From contig JBHLPF010000027.1 of assembly GCA_048939765.1 (NCBI GenBank), positions 1-51,779 on the forward strand: a stretch of 51,779 nucleotides of DNA, given 5' to 3'. Position numbers and translations under genes: made by a program. Source of the stretch: Promethearchaeota archaeon. Its GTDB lineage: Archaea > Asgardarchaeota > Thorarchaeia > Thorarchaeales > Thorarchaeaceae. Of the stretch, positions 1-9,283 are shown piece by piece. The stretch's first letter is position 1. Each line of letters opens with the position of its first letter. The notes beneath the pieces are model-generated. The model searched no databases and had not been told where the DNA came from. It was given only the letters and a program-made list of their open reading frames with translations.

Positions 1-2
1 TA

Positions 3-239
3 GATCTGTGTTGGGTGGCATCAGGCGCCCTCAATGCGATGGTGGATATGAGGGGTATGCTCCCAATTGTCCACGTGTCGGGTACACACATGGTTTTTGA
101 GGCAGGAGGTTATGTGGCGGAAGCGGATGGTAGTAGACTCAATTTGCCCATTATGGCAAATCAGATGATGAGCTTTGTTGCAGCATCAGATGAAGTTACT
201 GCAAATGAAATACTTGCACTCTTTAGAGGCGAACCATGA
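3..239 (+). CDS. Inositol monophosphatase / FBPase family protein, C-terminal fragment (5' truncated by window edge)
   Basis: Frame is open from the window edge. DLCWVASGALNAMVD...EAGGYV matches the IMPase C-terminal motif (LDLCxVAxG...EAGG). Confidence 0.8.
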   Translation, partial: DLCWVASGALNAMVDMRGMLPIVHVSGTHMVFEAGGYVAEADGSRLNLPIMANQMMSFVAASDEVTANEILALFRGEP

Positions 240-249
240 AAGGAAAGAT

Positions 250-687
250 CTAATCCGACTCTTCCTCTCCTGAATCAGAGACAACTTCATTGGCGGTTTC
301 TTCAAATTCCTCCTCTTCTTCCTCGTTTGTGCCCTCTTCTGCCTCAAGCTCTGATTCCTCAACCTCTTCCTCCTCTTCCTCCTCTTCTTCATCGTCAGGA
401 CCAGCGGAGGGGATAAGTCGGTTCACGTAGAAATAGCCAATGAAGACGCTTATCAAGGATAGCAGTAGTGTCACCCAGAAAGCACCACCTGCGCCAAACC
501 ATGCAACAGGATTGATTACGAGCTCAGTCGTCGAAGCCCCAAGGACAACTGACTGGAACCATATTGGCACTCCAAAAGCTAGCGGTATGCAAATCACCAC
601 TAGCAGGATAATCGACATGATGATCTCGGCTGTATAGACCAGGATTTTCCGTAATGTGCTATCCACCGCTTTCCTTGCAGTCGACAT
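250..687 (-). CDS. Hypothetical membrane protein (2-3 TM) with poly-Glu acidic C-terminal tail
   Basis: Hydrophobic segments followed by DDEEEEEEEEEVEESELEAEEG...; TATA-like TTTTAAAG upstream at ~721-728 on the minus strand. Confidence 0.75.
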   Translation of the reverse strand: MSTARKAVDSTLRKILVYTAEIIMSIILLVVICIPLAFGVPIWFQSVVLGASTTELVINPVAWFGAGGAFWVTLLLSLISVFIGYFYVNRLIPSAGPDDEEEEEEEEEVEESELEAEEGTNEEEEEEFEETANEVVSDSGEEESD

Positions 688-783
688 TTCACTCGCCTTG
701 AAATGCCGACTTGGGCTTGCCTTTAAAACCTGCCGTCAATGGAGCATCTTCAAAATGATTGACTGACAAAGAAAGGGATTCGC

Positions 784-881
784 ACAGGGAGTCCGAGAAA
801 GAGTTAGTCAGCGCGTGTATTCGTTGACAGATGATTGAGAGGAGGGAGAGGGAGGAGAGGAGAGGGTTTCGGACTCCCTGT
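784..881. repeat. 13-bp perfect inverted repeat (ACAGGGAGTCCGA 784-796 / TCGGACTCCCTGT 869-881) enclosing a GA-rich tract
   Basis: Read directly from the sequence. Confidence 0.8.
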
Positions 882-1213
882 TCACTACAAGTATTGTATA
901 ACTAGTATATAAGTGTTTATCATATTTCATATTATCATCTATGCATAATAAATATAGTATTTGTTTCACCGTCCAAGGCTGTTTAGAAGGAATGCATGTC
1001 CTCTTCCTCAAGAAACAATTAGAAGGGAAAAGCGGGGCCGGAGAACGCTTGAAGGAGGAGAGAGAGATATGAGAGAGAACGGCCCCTAAGCCCTTCACAA
1101 ATATTAGCCATTAATGCATATTTAAGCAAATCTTGTTTGAGGATAAATTTACCAGATAAAGCGCGCTTTTTCGTAAACGAATTCGAGGCACTGAGCCTAT
1201 TTCTGGATGAATT

Positions 1214-1888
1214 CTAGGCGATTCTAGATTTTACCTCTTCTATTATCTCCTGTAGTGAGTTAAAGACCTGAGAGGCACCCTCTTCAATCAGGTCTTCTTC
1301 TGGAGTTTCGCCAGTCGTCACACCCCAGAATTCAATGCCAGCCCTTTTTGCAGCGGCAGCGTCGATTCTGGCATCACCGACATATACGACCTCATTGGTG
1401 TGCACTCCCACATGTTTCATTAATTTCCTGAGACCTTCAGGAAATGGCTTGGGACTTGGAGATTCATTTCGGGTCTGAATCACATCAAAAAGGTCTTGCA
1501 TTGGAAGCTGTTTTAGGATGAGTTCAACAGCAGTTCGTCCATTATTCGTAAGAACTGCGGTTTTAAGTCCAAGGGCCTTAAGCTCACGTACAACTTCCAT
1601 TGAACCATCGATAAGTTCTGCGTTTGTCGCGGCCCATCCTTCATGCGCACTGAGTGTCTTGTCAATCTCGCGCTCCATACGCTCCCACTCACTCTCTGAC
1701 ACGCCTTGCGAGACGAAGTATTCCCTTGCCTTCACTCTGGAGCTTGAAATTCCATCGGCAGGATCGAATAAATCATGGGGCGCACCCTGACCTCGATAGT
1801 ACTCCTTTGTATCTCTCCGCATGGCATCAAGAGGGAGAGATAGAACGGTGAGAGTACCGTCTAGATCAAAGAAGACAGCCTTCAACAT
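1214..1888 (-). CDS. HAD-superfamily hydrolase (phosphoglycolate phosphatase-like)
   Basis: Motif I FDLDGTL, motif II LTNN, KPFP, motif IV YVGDARID. Confidence 0.9.
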   Translation of the reverse strand: MLKAVFFDLDGTLTVLSLPLDAMRRDTKEYYRGQGAPHDLFDPADGISSSRVKAREYFVSQGVSESEWERMEREIDKTLSAHEGWAATNAELIDGSMEVVRELKALGLKTAVLTNNGRTAVELILKQLPMQDLFDVIQTRNESPSPKPFPEGLRKLMKHVGVHTNEVVYVGDARIDAAAAKRAGIEFWGVTTGETPEEDLIEEGASQVFNSLQEIIEEVKSRIA

Positions 1889-1931
1889 TAACGACCAGCC
1901 GATTCTCTCGCATCGTGTCGCCCTCTTAAGG

Positions 1932-2576
1932 TTAGCTCTCTAAGGGCTGCTTCAGAAACTCACGAAGGTTGATCCCCACGGTGCCAAGGTGTCTCAAATA
2001 GAAATGCCCCTCCCCTTCGAGTGAAACAGTCTGGACATCCCTCCTTCCCAGATTCTTGGCCAGAAGCAGCATGTCATCAAATGGAACCATATTGTCATTG
2101 GACCCATGGAACATCAGTACTGGGCATTGAATATTAGAAAGAGGCTGTAGTCCCTTTCCAGCCTCCCTAGTCAAACTGAGAGACGCACTGAATGTCACTA
2201 AGAAGTCCGTTTCAGTACTTGATGCTAGATGAAGAGCAACAGATCCGCCAAATGAATAGCCAACAATCGCCAAAGATTCCTTTTCTGTTTCATCAAGGAG
2301 TGCTTTTGACGCAGCTTCTGCGTCTTGAATGGCTCCTGAGAATCCTCTATAATCTGCACGAGAGTCGACACCTCTGAAATTGAATCTAAAAGTGGTGTAT
2401 CCCAGATCCAGGAGGGTATCATCAACGAATCTGATGACTCGATCATCCCGGCAGCCTCCGTATAGAGGATGAGGATGAAGGAGTAGGGCGATGCCCTTGG
2501 ACGACGAATCAGGTGTGCTCATAATCCCTTCTAGTTGGTAATCATTAACAGTGAACTCTACGGCTTGTAAGTGCAT
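1932..2576 (-). CDS. Alpha/beta hydrolase (COG2945-like)
   Basis: HPHPLYGG, FNFRG, nucleophile GYSFG, HGSND and GHFY. Start set at ATG 2576 after GGTGGAGG; the ORF track extends to 2654. Confidence 0.85.
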   Translation of the reverse strand: MHLQAVEFTVNDYQLEGIMSTPDSSSKGIALLLHPHPLYGGCRDDRVIRFVDDTLLDLGYTTFRFNFRGVDSRADYRGFSGAIQDAEAASKALLDETEKESLAIVGYSFGGSVALHLASSTETDFLVTFSASLSLTREAGKGLQPLSNIQCPVLMFHGSNDNMVPFDDMLLLAKNLGRRDVQTVSLEGEGHFYLRHLGTVGINLREFLKQPLES

Positions 2577-2698
2577 GCTGAGTCCTCCACCTGAAACTTG
2601 CTCGGTACTGATGACTTCACCGGCTGCATTATTGTATTGGGCTCCTTCGAGCAATTAGATTTAAGGAAAGAAGCAAATTCACTGAATGAGGCTTCCAG

Positions 2699-3724
2699 TT
2701 GAAAGAACTTGAGGATATTGATACCACAGACATGAATGCAATGGTCGCATCATTCCCCCAAATGCTAAGATCAGGTGCCCTAAGTGATGAGATTCTGGGC
2801 GAAGCAGAGAGAATTCGCAAAGTAGGAATTGATGGTATTTGTCTTATTGGCATGGGAGGCAGTGCAATAGCAGGCGAGATTGTCAAGTGCCTGTTGGCCG
2901 ATAGTGCAGAGAAACCTATTCTAACCATCAGAGATTACGTCCTCCCCAAGACTGTGAATAGTAGATGGGTCGTGGTCGCAGTCAGCTACTCCGGAAACAC
3001 TGAGGAAACAATATCAGGTTTTAAAGAAGCAGAGTCGCGCGGATCTTCTACGTTCGTCATCACAACAGGGGGCGTCCTACTGGATATATCTGATGAAAAA
3101 CGAGTCCATGTGATGCCGACGGGATTCCAACCAAGAGCAGCCCTACCCATCATCTTCGCAGGGGTTCTTCCACTTGTTGAAACTCTACTGAACTTGAATT
3201 TGACCGACCTAGATGAGGTTTCAAGGGGTTTGGAGCTGGCATCGACTAGGTGGAATTCATCTGACCTTGAACCAGGAAGGCTTGCCAAGTCACTTCAAGA
3301 TAAAATTCCAGTCTTCATAGGATGGAGGCATTTGATTCCAGTTGCCTATCGAGCAAAATGTCAGTGTAACGAGAACTCAAAGGCCTTTGCTTCGAGCATT
3401 CAGATACCAGAGATGTATCATAATGAAATCGAAGGTACGCTCTCTTGCAAGACTCATCCCATTTCACCAGTGTTCCTAAGAAGTCGAGAAGAGGATGAGA
3501 AAGCGAGAATAGGAATCGAATCCGCAGCAGAAATCTTCAAGGAGAATGGCTGTCAACCGAAGCATCTGAATCTCGGGTTTGACTCGAGAATCGAGGAAAC
3601 CCTTGGATTCACCATGTACTTGGACACTGTATCAGTGAGTTTAGCAGAAATCCTTGGCGTAGACCCTATGTCTGTTGATAGAATTGCAATGCTGAAGAAG
3701 AATCTGAAGGTCAGAGAAAGGTAA
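2699..3724 (+). CDS. Bifunctional phosphoglucose/phosphomannose isomerase (PGI/PMI, SIS fold)
   Basis: GMGGSAIAG, SYSGNTEET, QPRAA, NENSK, PEMYHNEIEG. Confidence 0.9.
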   Translation: MKELEDIDTTDMNAMVASFPQMLRSGALSDEILGEAERIRKVGIDGICLIGMGGSAIAGEIVKCLLADSAEKPILTIRDYVLPKTVNSRWVVVAVSYSGNTEETISGFKEAESRGSSTFVITTGGVLLDISDEKRVHVMPTGFQPRAALPIIFAGVLPLVETLLNLNLTDLDEVSRGLELASTRWNSSDLEPGRLAKSLQDKIPVFIGWRHLIPVAYRAKCQCNENSKAFASSIQIPEMYHNEIEGTLSCKTHPISPVFLRSREEDEKARIGIESAAEIFKENGCQPKHLNLGFDSRIEETLGFTMYLDTVSVSLAEILGVDPMSVDRIAMLKKNLKVRER

Positions 3725-3959
3725 CTCCTTCATAGAAGAAAGCGATTGTTCGCCTGTACTGGTTTGTGGAGCTCATCACAAAATAGCAGTATTGTACTGC
3801 AAGACTCCAGGTCCAATTCGTTGAGCTGTACGCAGCGAACAACACATCTTAGTGGTTGATCGATTGGACCACCATGACTGAGATATGGGCAGCAAAGATA
3901 ATAACAATTCATGGGCTTTCTGTATCACAGGGCAAAGACATGAGAGCTGACGAATTCCC

Positions 3960-4676
3960 GTGAGGGTAGCACTAGTGACGGTAAGAATATCGGACGAATT
4001 GGACAGAACGATTGAAGTGCTTCAAAAAGCCTTGAGAAAGGTAGCAGACCTCAACAAGGCGTTAGAACCACTAGAGAACGAGCTCGGTGCGATGGACTTC
4101 GCCAAGAGTGGGATCTATGTTCTTGGAGCGTCCGCGGGTGTGGCCTGTTTCCCTACTGCGCTTGTTGAAGGAGACCCCATGAAACCTATCCTTGATGATG
4201 CAAGAACAAGAGATGCGAAGATGCCCTCAATTGTTGAAGCGGATGACCCAGAAGAATCGACAAGCACCTGTAATCGTGTTATAATGATGCTTAAGAGAGA
4301 AATATGGAACAAGAGAGAGACCATCCTTAAGCCCAGTTTTGTGCTTATCATACGATGGGACCATATGTTTGAAGACTTAGAAAAAGGCAAGACTGTTATT
4401 GTTGGCAAACGGTATATCTCTGGGTCGGAAGACAGCTTGAAGAAGTTGGCAAAGAATCTAAGGAAACTCGGACTTGCGATTATCGAAGACTCAGGCCAAT
4501 ACGGCGGAGGACCAATGACTTATGAGATCATTCAGGAGTTCTCTAAATCTAGGTCACTACTAGTTGTTCAACTCACCTTCTCTCATAGCGCTGCAACAGA
4601 CAAGGCGACAATATTGGCAATGTTAGATATGTTGTCATCATTTCAGGTGCAATCCCATGACAGATACGGGTCCTAG
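3960..4676 (+). CDS. Hypothetical protein; possibly degenerate N-formylglutamate amidohydrolase (Zn-peptidase) fold
   Basis: 238-aa ORF overlapping the next gene. The C-terminal YGGGPMT...VVQLTFS resembles FGase PYxGGxIT...IQxEI, but the metal ligands are not evident. Confidence 0.6.
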   Translation: MRVALVTVRISDELDRTIEVLQKALRKVADLNKALEPLENELGAMDFAKSGIYVLGASAGVACFPTALVEGDPMKPILDDARTRDAKMPSIVEADDPEESTSTCNRVIMMLKREIWNKRETILKPSFVLIIRWDHMFEDLEKGKTVIVGKRYISGSEDSLKKLAKNLRKLGLAIIEDSGQYGGGPMTYEIIQEFSKSRSLLVVQLTFSHSAATDKATILAMLDMLSSFQVQSHDRYGS

Positions 4677-7600
4677 AGAAAGTGAGATGCACCTGCCTTT
4701 TGTCCACGGTATTGAGGTGGAGCTTCAAGTCATCAAAAAGGATGGTTCGTGGATTCGAGGTGAAGATATACTCACCATCTTTGACAAACTAATCTCAAAC
4801 GCCAAGGCGTTGCTTGATAGGAGAATCCAAACGGCTCGAGTAGAATCTGTGAGAAGGAAGTATAAGCATTCCAGTCAGACAGAAGAAGGAGAGCGCGGCT
4901 CAAGGGTTGTGGTTGTATACGATAATGCAAGGGGACAGCCCGCCGAATTTACACTTCTCGGTCATGATCCCAATGTCACGAGTCTGACGTGGATACTGGA
5001 GATTGCGACTCCTCCATGTACCTCGATTGAGGAGCTGGCATGGTGGATGCAAACACTCATTGCCATCTCCTACGAGTCACTCCCCAAAGAAGCTCGTGCC
5101 ATTCTCATATCAACTGGGTTGAATCCTGCTCAGGAATATCTCAAGAATCTCTCATTTGGAGAGCATCATCATATTCTGGGACCAGATGTAGATGATAAGG
5201 TAAGAATTGCTGTATATAATATGCTTCGAAACTTCATCCCACATCTAATTGCTCTTTCCGTCAACTCTCCATTCGAGAATAAGAAACCGACTGATGTTGT
5301 TGAAATTGATGAGGATGGACGGACAATTGCACCAAGATGCAAGAGATCAATCAGACTCATTAGAAATACAACCCAGCTTGGACCTACAAATGAGTTTGAA
5401 CTGATTCCATATATGGTAAAACCGGACAAGGAAGCCTTTGCTAGGCATGTGAATCGTAGCTATTCTAGAATGGTGGATATGTATCCGTTTCATAGGCTAG
5501 GAACAGTTGAGCTGCGAGTCTTTGACACACAATTGTCTATACCACGGAGGATTGGCATTGCATTAATACTTCAAGCTCTTGCCCTAAAGGCTAAGAGAAT
5601 GGTGGAACGGGGAGAGAGGATACCTAATGCTGGGGCGAAGTCACTTGCAGCCAACCGTGAATCAGCTGTTTCTGCGGGGCTGTGGGGTCCGTTTCGACCA
5701 GGCACTAAAACGGACAATCCCGAGTTCATGCACATCTACAACCACATGGTAGATGATGAAGGTGCCATTGAGGATAGAAAAAGAAACCGCTTCATGGGCG
5801 ATGCTGTAGTATCAATGCTATATCTGATTCGAGATGAGTTGGAGGAGCTAGATATCGTTGATAATCCATTTATGCAGCCAATTCTTATTTCGGTGTTTGG
5901 GAGCGAGGTTGTACCCCCAAGAACCACTGGTGCAGACTTCCAGTTGGATGTTTACGCAAAATCGGAAATGAACATGGTAGTCCTGCTGAAAAGCCTAGCT
6001 GACATCACGAGAGAATGCTGTACTAACTGGGTGTATGATCCACTTGAAGGTACACCAAAATTGCCTACATGGTTGTGCTGGTGGACAGGTCTCGAACCAG
6101 AGATTCTGACAGACATTGAACAGCTCTTTGCAGGACAAGAAGCTGAATTTGTTGTTTCCCTAAGAAATACAGGTGAACGACCTCTCCTTAACCTTGGAGT
6201 GGATTTTGCTATAGAGGACTCAGACAGAAATGTAGTCCACGAGGGGACACGCACTATCCCGGAGATCAGCTCAGGACAAATTCATTCCGAACGAATTGCT
6301 TTCCAAACTGCCAAGGATGTCACTGCATACAACATCATAGTGACGATCACTCTTGCCGGGAAGCAGATTCACCTGACTGGAACATTGACTACATACTGGA
6401 TGAAGGCGAATATCAGACCTGGCACCACAACACAATTCTCTGATGGGAAGACGCCCGTTCTCTATGAAGGAGACATTGAGACCAACTTCCCAGAAGCGAC
6501 CGATGTAATAGTAGACATAGCGGTCATTGCTCCTCGCAAAGAGCGAGTTCTGGCTATAGTAACGGACAAGCTTCGAATCGAGAGCCTAGACACACTACTG
6601 TTTGACCAGACAAGCCTTCCAGATCTCATAGTTCCGACTGATGCGTCACACGGCGTTGAACGATGCATACTAAGACTCAATCTTGTGGATGCTGAAGAAG
6701 AGCTAATTACCTCAGTGATGTCTAAGCCATTCTATGTTGGATTTGCCAGAAAAGGCCCACAACTTCTATTTGATGCAGATATTAAGGGAGTATATTACCC
6801 CGGAGATTTGATTGTTGGTGAGATTGAGCTCGCATCCAAGAAACATTCGATGAGCAAATCCGCATTTCTTATTGTAGAGTTTCGCTCAGATTCAGGCGAG
6901 CACCTCGAAATTGCTCGATTTGGCATTAAGGAGGTTACTGAGGGCCCAGTGAGATTCACATGGAGAGTGCCGCCAATCGAATCTGAAGATTTGTCGCATC
7001 GTGCAGGCGTAATTGTTACCTCATTGGTGGACAAGGGAAAAGAAGTTACGTCCGCAGAATCGTCCCGATTCAGAATCGATCGCCTCGGAATCATGCTGAA
7101 TATCGACTCGCTGCGAGCTCCAGAAACAGCCCACATAGGAGGCAAGGTTGCTGGATGGTTGAGGGTTCGACGCAACACAGAACTGGGCGGACCAGCTGGA
7201 TTGACTATTTCGCTGAAGTTCCCCGACGAGAATGAGCAAGTAATTCTTGAGCAAGGGGTAAAGCAAAGCAAGAATCTCTCCTTGTCATTTGGTCCCATAG
7301 TAATTCCTGAGCCAAAGGGGAAAAAGAAATCGTCGAGTGTAACTCTCACAGCGAAACTGACATATGATGGCACAGTCATCGATCAGAGATCCACTGAGAT
7401 AGCCCTATCTGATGGTCCCGAAGGGCAAATTGCAGGCGTGAGCTTCGCAGGAGTCCCAGCGTTTGTATTGCCAGACGAGGAAATCAGACCAGTCCTTCAT
7501 GTGACTAATATCACGGGCAAGAAACTGAAGTATGATATTAGAATAGAATTAGAGTCCATAGGAGGAACTGACCAACTGCTTAAGAGTTCTCGAACCTTGG

Positions 7601-8097
7601 GGCCAGGTCAGAGTAAGATTCTACCGATTAAGCTGCGTGTGCCACTCAGTGCTGAGATGAGTACGGCGCATCTAAAGGCCATCGTGAAGTGCGGCAGACT
7701 CACCATGGAGAGAAAGGAGCGGTTCAAGGTCAAGGCTATTGAAACCCCCGTGTTTGATGTCGATTTCTGGATTCGAAAGAAATCAGGCGAGGATATACCC
7801 GGACTTGTGGCGAGGCTTACAAAGGTAGACCTAGGAGCCAAAATATGTGGGCTCAAGAAAGGGATGCGAGACCTCGGAATAATTCTCAGGGTTATGTCGA
7901 GAAGGGAAATAGTGAAGCAGTTCAAGGCGTCACTTTCTGATGTAGATGCAGGCGAAGAGGAGATCATGTTCCATTGGACTACGCCTCCTGTTGACATGGT
8001 TACTGGGTTCTACTTGGATGCTGTTATCACTCAGGATGGAAAGATGCTCCCAGACAGAGTGGTTCGACAGGATAGAAAGCAATTCACTGTGTACTGA
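4657..8097 (+). CDS. Glutamate-cysteine ligase family 2 (GCS2) carboxylate-amine ligase fused to ~6 Ig-like beta-sandwich domains
   Basis: HGIEVELQ, LEIATPPC, STGLNP, FGEHHHI, LIALSVNSPF, GTVELRVFD. The C-terminal ~670 aa consist of alternating beta-strand repeats of ~110 aa. Confidence 0.85.
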   Translation: MTDTGPRESEMHLPFVHGIEVELQVIKKDGSWIRGEDILTIFDKLISNAKALLDRRIQTARVESVRRKYKHSSQTEEGERGSRVVVVYDNARGQPAEFTLLGHDPNVTSLTWILEIATPPCTSIEELAWWMQTLIAISYESLPKEARAILISTGLNPAQEYLKNLSFGEHHHILGPDVDDKVRIAVYNMLRNFIPHLIALSVNSPFENKKPTDVVEIDEDGRTIAPRCKRSIRLIRNTTQLGPTNEFELIPYMVKPDKEAFARHVNRSYSRMVDMYPFHRLGTVELRVFDTQLSIPRRIGIALILQALALKAKRMVERGERIPNAGAKSLAANRESAVSAGLWGPFRPGTKTDNPEFMHIYNHMVDDEGAIEDRKRNRFMGDAVVSMLYLIRDELEELDIVDNPFMQPILISVFGSEVVPPRTTGADFQLDVYAKSEMNMVVLLKSLADITRECCTNWVYDPLEGTPKLPTWLCWWTGLEPEILTDIEQLFAGQEAEFVVSLRNTGERPLLNLGVDFAIEDSDRNVVHEGTRTIPEISSGQIHSERIAFQTAKDVTAYNIIVTITLAGKQIHLTGTLTTYWMKANIRPGTTTQFSDGKTPVLYEGDIETNFPEATDVIVDIAVIAPRKERVLAIVTDKLRIESLDTLLFDQTSLPDLIVPTDASHGVERCILRLNLVDAEEELITSVMSKPFYVGFARKGPQLLFDADIKGVYYPGDLIVGEIELASKKHSMSKSAFLIVEFRSDSGEHLEIARFGIKEVTEGPVRFTWRVPPIESEDLSHRAGVIVTSLVDKGKEVTSAESSRFRIDRLGIMLNIDSLRAPETAHIGGKVAGWLRVRRNTELGGPAGLTISLKFPDENEQVILEQGVKQSKNLSLSFGPIVIPEPKGKKKSSSVTLTAKLTYDGTVIDQRSTEIALSDGPEGQIAGVSFAGVPAFVLPDEEIRPVLHVTNITGKKLKYDIRIELESIGGTDQLLKSSRTLGPGQSKILPIKLRVPLSAEMSTAHLKAIVKCGRLTMERKERFKVKAIETPVFDVDFWIRKKSGEDIPGLVARLTKVDLGAKICGLKKGMRDLGIILRVMSRREIVKQFKASLSDVDAGEEEIMFHWTTPPVDMVTGFYLDAVITQDGKMLPDRVVRQDRKQFTVY

Positions 8098-8169
8098 CTG
8101 ATTTATTGGGAAATATAATACAAGTGTCTAACACTTCTAGGGCCGTAAAACAATCCTAGAAGAAAAACG

Positions 8170-8319
8170 ATGCAAAGTTCGACATTTGTCTGTTCAGTTT
8201 GCAAAGGTATAATAGGGACAGCACGGCCGCCGTTTGGTAATCGGAGTGGTTTGCTGAAGCTGGTATATGGTCATAGAACTGTATTAACGTGGAGATTGTC
8301 TGAGTCAAAAAGTGAATGA
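8170..8319 (+). CDS. Possible 49-aa CxxC microprotein (below ORF-track cutoff)
   Basis: ATG 8170 to TGA 8319 encodes MQSSTFVCSVCKGIIGTARPPFGNRSGLLKLVYGHRTVLTWRLSESKSE; AT-rich TATA-like sequence at ~8111-8120. Confidence 0.3.
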   Translation: MQSSTFVCSVCKGIIGTARPPFGNRSGLLKLVYGHRTVLTWRLSESKSE

Positions 8320-8344
8320 ATGACTGATATAACGAATTGCGGAT

Positions 8345-9283
8345 GTGAATCTGATGCAGGAACTATTGACCCACCCGGTCGTTTCCGGGCTTCTTGTGAT
8401 GGCGCTAGTCGGCGTTCTCGCATACAAGGCAGGATTCCTTGACATCTCTGGAATGATTAGCGCTTTTGTGGTGGGTTTTGCAGTCTGGTATACTGGTGGC
8501 CCACCTGCATTCACCATTCTGCTGTTCTTCTTCTTGACTTCTGGCCTGGCTACCAAGTACAAATACAAGGCCAAGGCCAAGCAAGGGCTTGCTCAAGAGG
8601 GAAAGGGCAAGAGGTCGTATAGGAATGTACTTGCTAGCGGGGTAATTCCACTGATCTTCTCAGCTGCCTGGTACATTACAAGGACATATCCATCTCTAGG
8701 AATCGATCCTTTCTGGATGTTTGGAGGCTTCGTTGGCGCCGTGGCAACGACTGCAGCTGACACATTGGCTTCAGAAATAGGCGTGTTCAGCAAAAGCAAG
8801 CCCAGACTCATCACTAATCTAAGGAGAAAAGTCCCAAGAGGCACCATTGGAGCAGTATCGCTTTTGGGTGAGGCTGCGGCTGCTGCAGCTGGTTTGGCGA
8901 TAGGCATAATCGCTGCTGTCTTTGCGTTGACATCTTCTGGACCAGAGTGGGGCTCCGTTCCAGTCGCTAATGCAGCTCAATTCATGTTCATAATCCCATT
9001 ATCCATCCTTACAGGGTTCATAGGATGCAACCTCGATAGTCTAATCGGCGCTGTAGCCCAGAATAGATTTGTCTGTGAGATTTGTGGTGCTATCACAGAC
9101 AAAGAGTTTCATTGCAGTTATGAAACTAAGTATGTGGGTGGATTCAAGCAATTTACCAATGTCCATGTCAATCTAGGATCATCGACCATGGGTGCAACGC
9201 TGGGCATAGTCCTAGGTGCTGGATTGTTCGTATGGATTTTGGGGGGCCTGTTTTTCTGGATTGCTGCATCTTCCAGCAGCTAG
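8345..9283 (+). CDS. DUF92 / TMEM19 family membrane protein
   Basis: FFLTSGLATKY, RSYRNVLASG, ADTLASEIG, GAVSLLG, DSLIGAVAQ, TNVHVN; inserted CEICG...HC Zn-ribbon. Confidence 0.9.
   Translation: MNLMQELLTHPVVSGLLVMALVGVLAYKAGFLDISGMISAFVVGFAVWYTGGPPAFTILLFFFLTSGLATKYKYKAKAKQGLAQEGKGKRSYRNVLASGVIPLIFSAAWYITRTYPSLGIDPFWMFGGFVGAVATTAADTLASEIGVFSKSKPRLITNLRRKVPRGTIGAVSLLGEAAAAAAGLAIGIIAAVFALTSSGPEWGSVPVANAAQFMFIIPLSILTGFIGCNLDSLIGAVAQNRFVCEICGAITDKEFHCSYETKYVGGFKQFTNVHVNLGSSTMGATLGIVLGAGLFVWILGGLFFWIAASSSS

Noticed and set aside
186-392. 68-aa Lys/Arg-rich ORF
   Set aside because: It is the shifted frame of the poly-Glu (GAA/GAG) tail of 250..687.
808-1098. 96-aa minus-strand ORF in the AT-rich region
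   Set aside because: Low-complexity translation of GA/CT and AT tracts with no protein-like pattern; the region is better explained as non-coding.
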